NCBI GenBank assembly: GCA_964500435.1
Contig: CAZCNL010000010.1
Location: 1,326 to 65,325, forward strand
DNA: 64,000 nucleotides
Direction: 5' to 3'
From: an uncultured Chloroherpeton sp.
GTDB lineage: Bacteria; Bacteroidota; Ignavibacteria; Kapaibacteriales; UBA2268
Shown in pieces: positions 60,204-64,000 of the stretch (position 1 is the stretch's first letter; every line of letters begins with the position of its first letter). The notes beneath the pieces were generated by a model, which saw nothing but the letters and a program-made list of their open reading frames with translations, made no database searches and was not told the origin of the DNA. Both the position numbers and the translations under genes were made by a program.

Positions 60204-60979
60204 TGAGCTTAGACAAAGAAAAAAAGAATTATATATAAGAAACTATTATATCTTGTGTTCATAATAAATTACAACACTACAAACCCGAAAGTAATTATAT
60301 GCCATTTCATTATAGTTTGCTCGGTAAGGATCGGATGGCTCTGTATTCATTCATTCAATCATTAAATACAACCTTCGGTACTTCAATATTTGAACCAGTT
60401 GCCGTTGCTCTCGCTAAGGGTAATTTTAAAAAAATTGAACGGCAACACACTATTGGAAATCAAATAACTAATAAATCCCAAAACGTTATTCAAAAGATAA
60501 TGAATGATTTGACCACAGGATCTTCTCCTAATAAACAAAAAGAAATCGAAATAATTCGTAGAGCAGCTTCTAAAGGATTAAAGAATAATGTAAAAACAGT
60601 TAAAGTAGATTTATTTCTTGAAGCTTTTAGCGGCGAAGTTTTTTTTATTGATCTTAAAACTGCAAAACCAAATATAAGTAATTTCAAAGATTTCAAACGG
60701 ACTTTACTGGAATGGATTGGAATAGCATTAACAATTAACCCGTTAGCAAAAGTACATTCATTAATTGCTATTCCGTATAATCCTTATGAACCTAAACCTT
60801 ATGAACGATGGACAATAAAAGGTATGCTTGATGATAAGAAAGAATTATTAGTCGGAAAAGAATTTTGGGATTTCTTAGGTGGAAAAGATTCTTATGATGA
60901 TTTATTAGATTGCTTTGAAGCTGCGGGAATAAAGCTAAGACCAGAAATAGATAAGTATTTTTCTAAGTATAAGTTATAA
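60203..60979 (+). pseudogene. TdeIII/MjaII-family type II restriction endonuclease with a nonsense codon at position 12
   Basis: Coupled ATG 60203, TAA at 60236-38, same frame continues into MPFHYSLLGKDRMALYSFIQSLNTTFGTSIFEP...DLFL...IDLKTAKPN. Confidence 0.7.
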
Positions 60980-61040
60980 GGATTCTTATTACTCATTCAT
61001 TTCTTTTTCAATTTACTTTTGTTTTAATCGTTAAATAATT

Positions 61041-61709
61041 ATGATTAAAAATGATATTATTTATAATATTTCCGAAATTTTTTTCTCTATTCAAGGCGAA
61101 GGTACACGAGTTGGTTTGCCTTGTGTTTTTGTCCGTTTTCAAGGTTGTAATTTGAGGTGTAGTTGGTGCGATACTCCTTATGCTCTGGAATTGAATCAAA
61201 AAGAATTTCAGATGACAGCGGACGAAATTATTGAAAAAGTTAAAAGTTATAATTGTAATTTTATTGAATTTACTGGTGGTGAGCCACTTGCTCAGGAAAA
61301 TTCTTATTTGTTGATTAATTACTTCGCAGAATTAGGTTACACGGTAGCAATCGAAACTAATGGTTATTATTCTTTTGAAAAATTGCATCCAAATGTTATC
61401 AAAATAATGGATATTAAATGTCCAGGCTCTAAAATGTCCAAATTTAACAAAATCGAAAATACACAATTTTTAACAAAAAAAGATGAAGTTAAATTTGTGG
61501 TTTTGAATAAGGACGATTTTGATTGGGCAGTAAATTTAATTAATCAGCAAAAGTTATTTGAGAAAGTTGATACAATATTAATTTCACCAGTGTTTGGTAA
61601 ATTAGAATATGTCTCGCTTGCGAATTGGATATTAAGTAGTGGATTACCGCTAAAAATGCAACTTCAAATTCATAAATTTATTTGGCACCCCGAAACAAGA
61701 GGCGTTTAA
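61041..61709 (+). CDS. queE: 7-carboxy-7-deazaguanine synthase (radical SAM)
   Basis: EIFFSIQGEG, CNLRCSWCDT, FTGGEP, QLQIHK.IW. Confidence 0.9.
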   Translation: MIKNDIIYNISEIFFSIQGEGTRVGLPCVFVRFQGCNLRCSWCDTPYALELNQKEFQMTADEIIEKVKSYNCNFIEFTGGEPLAQENSYLLINYFAELGYTVAIETNGYYSFEKLHPNVIKIMDIKCPGSKMSKFNKIENTQFLTKKDEVKFVVLNKDDFDWAVNLINQQKLFEKVDTILISPVFGKLEYVSLANWILSSGLPLKMQLQIHKFIWHPETRGV

Positions 61710-62515
61710 TGAAAATTATTTCTTGGAACATAAACGGTTACCGTTCGATAACTGGGCAAAATCCTCGTAAAACTGCTAATGGCAAATCAAACGAGAACAT
61801 TTTATTTGAGTATATTAAATCCGAAAATCCGGATATTATTTGCTTGCAAGAAACAAAAAGCGAGCCATCTCAAATAAAGCCCGAACTTCAAGCACCACCT
61901 GGTTATTATTCATTTTATAATTGGTCAAAAGCAAGAAAAGGTTATAGCGGTGTCGTTACTTTTTCCAAAATCCCCGCCAAAAAGGTCATTGAAAATATTG
62001 GCATCGAAAAATTTGATATTGAAGGACGTGTGATTGAAACAGAATTCGATGATTTTACGTTACTCAATATTTATTTTCCAAATGGTGGTGCCGACAACAA
62101 TCGAGTGGGCTTCAAACTTGAATTTTACGATGCAATTTTTGATTATACTAATAAACTTATTGCTCAAGACCATAAAATAATTATGTGTGGCGATTATAAC
62201 ACTGCACATAAAGAAATTGATTTGGCACGTCCAAAAGAAAATGAAAAGACAACCGGTTTTTTGCCCGAAGAACGGGAAAAACTCGATTGGTTAGTTGAAC
62301 ATAATTGGCTCGACACGTTCAGAGTATTTAACCAAGAGCCAAATAATTACACTTGGTGGGACCAAAAAACAAGAGCAAGAGAACGTAACGTTGGCTGGCG
62401 TATTGATTACCATTTCATCACAAGTAATTTAAAAAATAATTTGAAAGATGCTTTCATTCAACCAGAAGTATTTGGTTCAGACCATTGTCCAGTTGGCATT
62501 ATTTTGGATGTTTAA
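61709..62515 (+). CDS. xth: Exodeoxyribonuclease III / AP endonuclease
   Basis: ISWNING.R, LQETK, YFPNG, GDYNTAH, WRIDY, GSDHCP; ATG 61709 overlaps the queE stop. Confidence 0.92.
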   Translation: MKIISWNINGYRSITGQNPRKTANGKSNENILFEYIKSENPDIICLQETKSEPSQIKPELQAPPGYYSFYNWSKARKGYSGVVTFSKIPAKKVIENIGIEKFDIEGRVIETEFDDFTLLNIYFPNGGADNNRVGFKLEFYDAIFDYTNKLIAQDHKIIMCGDYNTAHKEIDLARPKENEKTTGFLPEEREKLDWLVEHNWLDTFRVFNQEPNNYTWWDQKTRARERNVGWRIDYHFITSNLKNNLKDAFIQPEVFGSDHCPVGIILDV

Positions 62516-62565
62516 GTTTTATTAGCTTCAATACCGATTTTAATATCTTGACAAATATATAATAA

Positions 62566-63999
62566 CTATAATTTCTTTTTCTTTAATAAATATTGATAGG
62601 TTTGCAAATTTGATTTTGCATAAATATTCATTTTTTCTGCAATATCTTTTGCTTCGTTGACATAGTTATGCTTGTCTTTTTCACGATATTTATAAAGTTC
62701 TAACGTGTTATCATCTCGTGCAATTAAGAACCACGTCGAATCAAGCACGCCATATTTATTATCAGCATTAAAATAAATATATGGACGATTCTCTTTAAGC
62801 AAATCAATTCCAAGTGTATTATTGTTGTATGATAATTGTAATTGTCCCATAATTGTTGGATAAATATCAATTTGTCCTGCTATATTGTCAAAAGTCTTAT
62901 AATTTTTAATTAGATTGGGCGAATAAAATAATAGTGGTGTGTGATGATAACTCAAAGACATATCGTACAAATTATCTAAAGCAGCACCATGGTCGGCAAC
63001 GAACACAAAAATAGTATTTTTAAACCAACTTTGCTTTGATGCCATATCAATAAATTTCTGTAAAGAATAATCAGCATATTCAACGATTTGATTTTTTATA
63101 CCAGAACTTTTCGGTTGGAAATATTCAGGAATGTAGTAAGGACCATGGTCGCTTGCGGTCATAAATACAGAAAGGAAAGGCTTGTTGTTTTTGCTTAAAT
63201 TTGTTAAGATGGGAATAGAAAATTGGAACATAAAATCATCGGGTACGCCGAGTGTTGTTGCAATTGCGCTATCTGGATAATCTGATTTAGTAATTACTTT
63301 TTCGCAATCGTTTGCTTTTAAAAAACCTTCAACATTATCGAATTGACCGTCATGGGTTGTGAAATATATTGTCGAATAACCATAATGTTTTAATGTTGAA
63401 AAAATATTAAACTTATAATGTTGCATTGAGCTTTCATTCATTGGATGTTGCCGAAATAAAGCAGGAAAACCAAATAATGTTGAAAAAATGCCATTCATTG
63501 TATGTATGCCAGCTGTATATGCATTTGAAAAATATATTCCACGAGAAGAGATGCTATCAAGAAATGGGGTTAAATTGTATGGGCAACCATTACGTGACAT
63601 TTTTTCTGCACTCATACTTTCCATAATAATGATTACGACATTATATTTTTTTGCGGCACTTTCTGGATAATCAATTTTTCGTAAAATTGGAAAATTTAAA
63701 TTTGTCGACTTTATATTTAAATACTTTTGAACATTTTGAATAGCTAAAGAGTCTTCTATTAAATTGATATATTTATTATCTTTGTTAATAGCATCTAAAT
63801 AACTTCGGATAAATGTAAAGTTTGGATTTAATCCTAATTGATTTAAAAAAGGATTGTTTGAAAAATAAGCTGTGCCGACACGAATTGGAGATTTTTCATC
63901 GATTCTACCACGTATGCCTATAATCATTAGAAGTAGAAATATAATTGAAGTTATAATTTGATAAATATTTAATTTGTCAAGTTTTGTGTTCTTAAAGAA
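62566..63999 (-). CDS. LTA synthase / sulfatase family membrane protein (5' end lies beyond the window)
   Basis: NVVIIIMESMS, T.SDHGPY, YAD..L..F, FVFVADHG; frame stays open to the window edge. Confidence 0.85.
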   Translation of the reverse strand, partial: FFKNTKLDKLNIYQIITSIIFLLLMIIGIRGRIDEKSPIRVGTAYFSNNPFLNQLGLNPNFTFIRSYLDAINKDNKYINLIEDSLAIQNVQKYLNIKSTNLNFPILRKIDYPESAAKKYNVVIIIMESMSAEKMSRNGCPYNLTPFLDSISSRGIYFSNAYTAGIHTMNGIFSTLFGFPALFRQHPMNESSMQHYKFNIFSTLKHYGYSTIYFTTHDGQFDNVEGFLKANDCEKVITKSDYPDSAIATTLGVPDDFMFQFSIPILTNLSKNNKPFLSVFMTASDHGPYYIPEYFQPKSSGIKNQIVEYADYSLQKFIDMASKQSWFKNTIFVFVADHGAALDNLYDMSLSYHHTPLLFYSPNLIKNYKTFDNIAGQIDIYPTIMGQLQLSYNNNTLGIDLLKENRPYIYFNADNKYGVLDSTWFLIARDDNTLELYKYREKDKHNYVNEAKDIAEKMNIYAKSNLQTYQYLLKKKKL

Positions 64000-64000
64000 A

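Noticed and set aside
61041-61709. queE beside the R-M genes as part of a 7-deazaguanine DNA-modification (dpd) island
   Set aside because: No dpdA/tgt-like, queC, queD or folE nearby; queE is coupled to xth and looks like housekeeping

Overview
AT-rich bacterial DNA, most likely from a Bacteroidota-superphylum (FCB) organism such as Kapabacteria or Ignavibacteria. The taxon is inferred from several T9SS C-terminal domains, TAnnTTTG promoter boxes and a heptose kinase. The window has three parts. (1) 1-3030: an array of T9SS cargo genes, including two near-identical tandem paralogs; the second is cut off. (2) ~3031-27088: a ~24 kb, visibly more GC-rich phage element with Mu-like head genes and a long non-contractile tail. 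It carries terminase, portal, scaffold, capsid, lysis genes, a tail chaperone with a -1 frameshift site and a tape measure protein. No integrase, transposase, repressor or replication gene is recognisable, and both ends fall inside broken reading frames. Its left arm encodes a ParB/NDT-like fusion, a Zn-ribbon protein and a MuF head protein with a C-terminal CdiA-like nuclease domain, followed by two half-identical candidate immunity genes and DUF2513. (3) 27399-64000: ordinary host genes (T9SS proteins, FAH, exonuclease-UvrC fusion, S41 and S46 peptidases, tat, gatA, rluB, asnS, heptose kinase, MoxR, tRNA-Leu, tig, tpl, queE, xth, LTA synthase), plus a type II R-M pair whose endonuclease has an in-frame stop at codon 12. 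All family assignments come from motif recognition by eye; no database searches were run.
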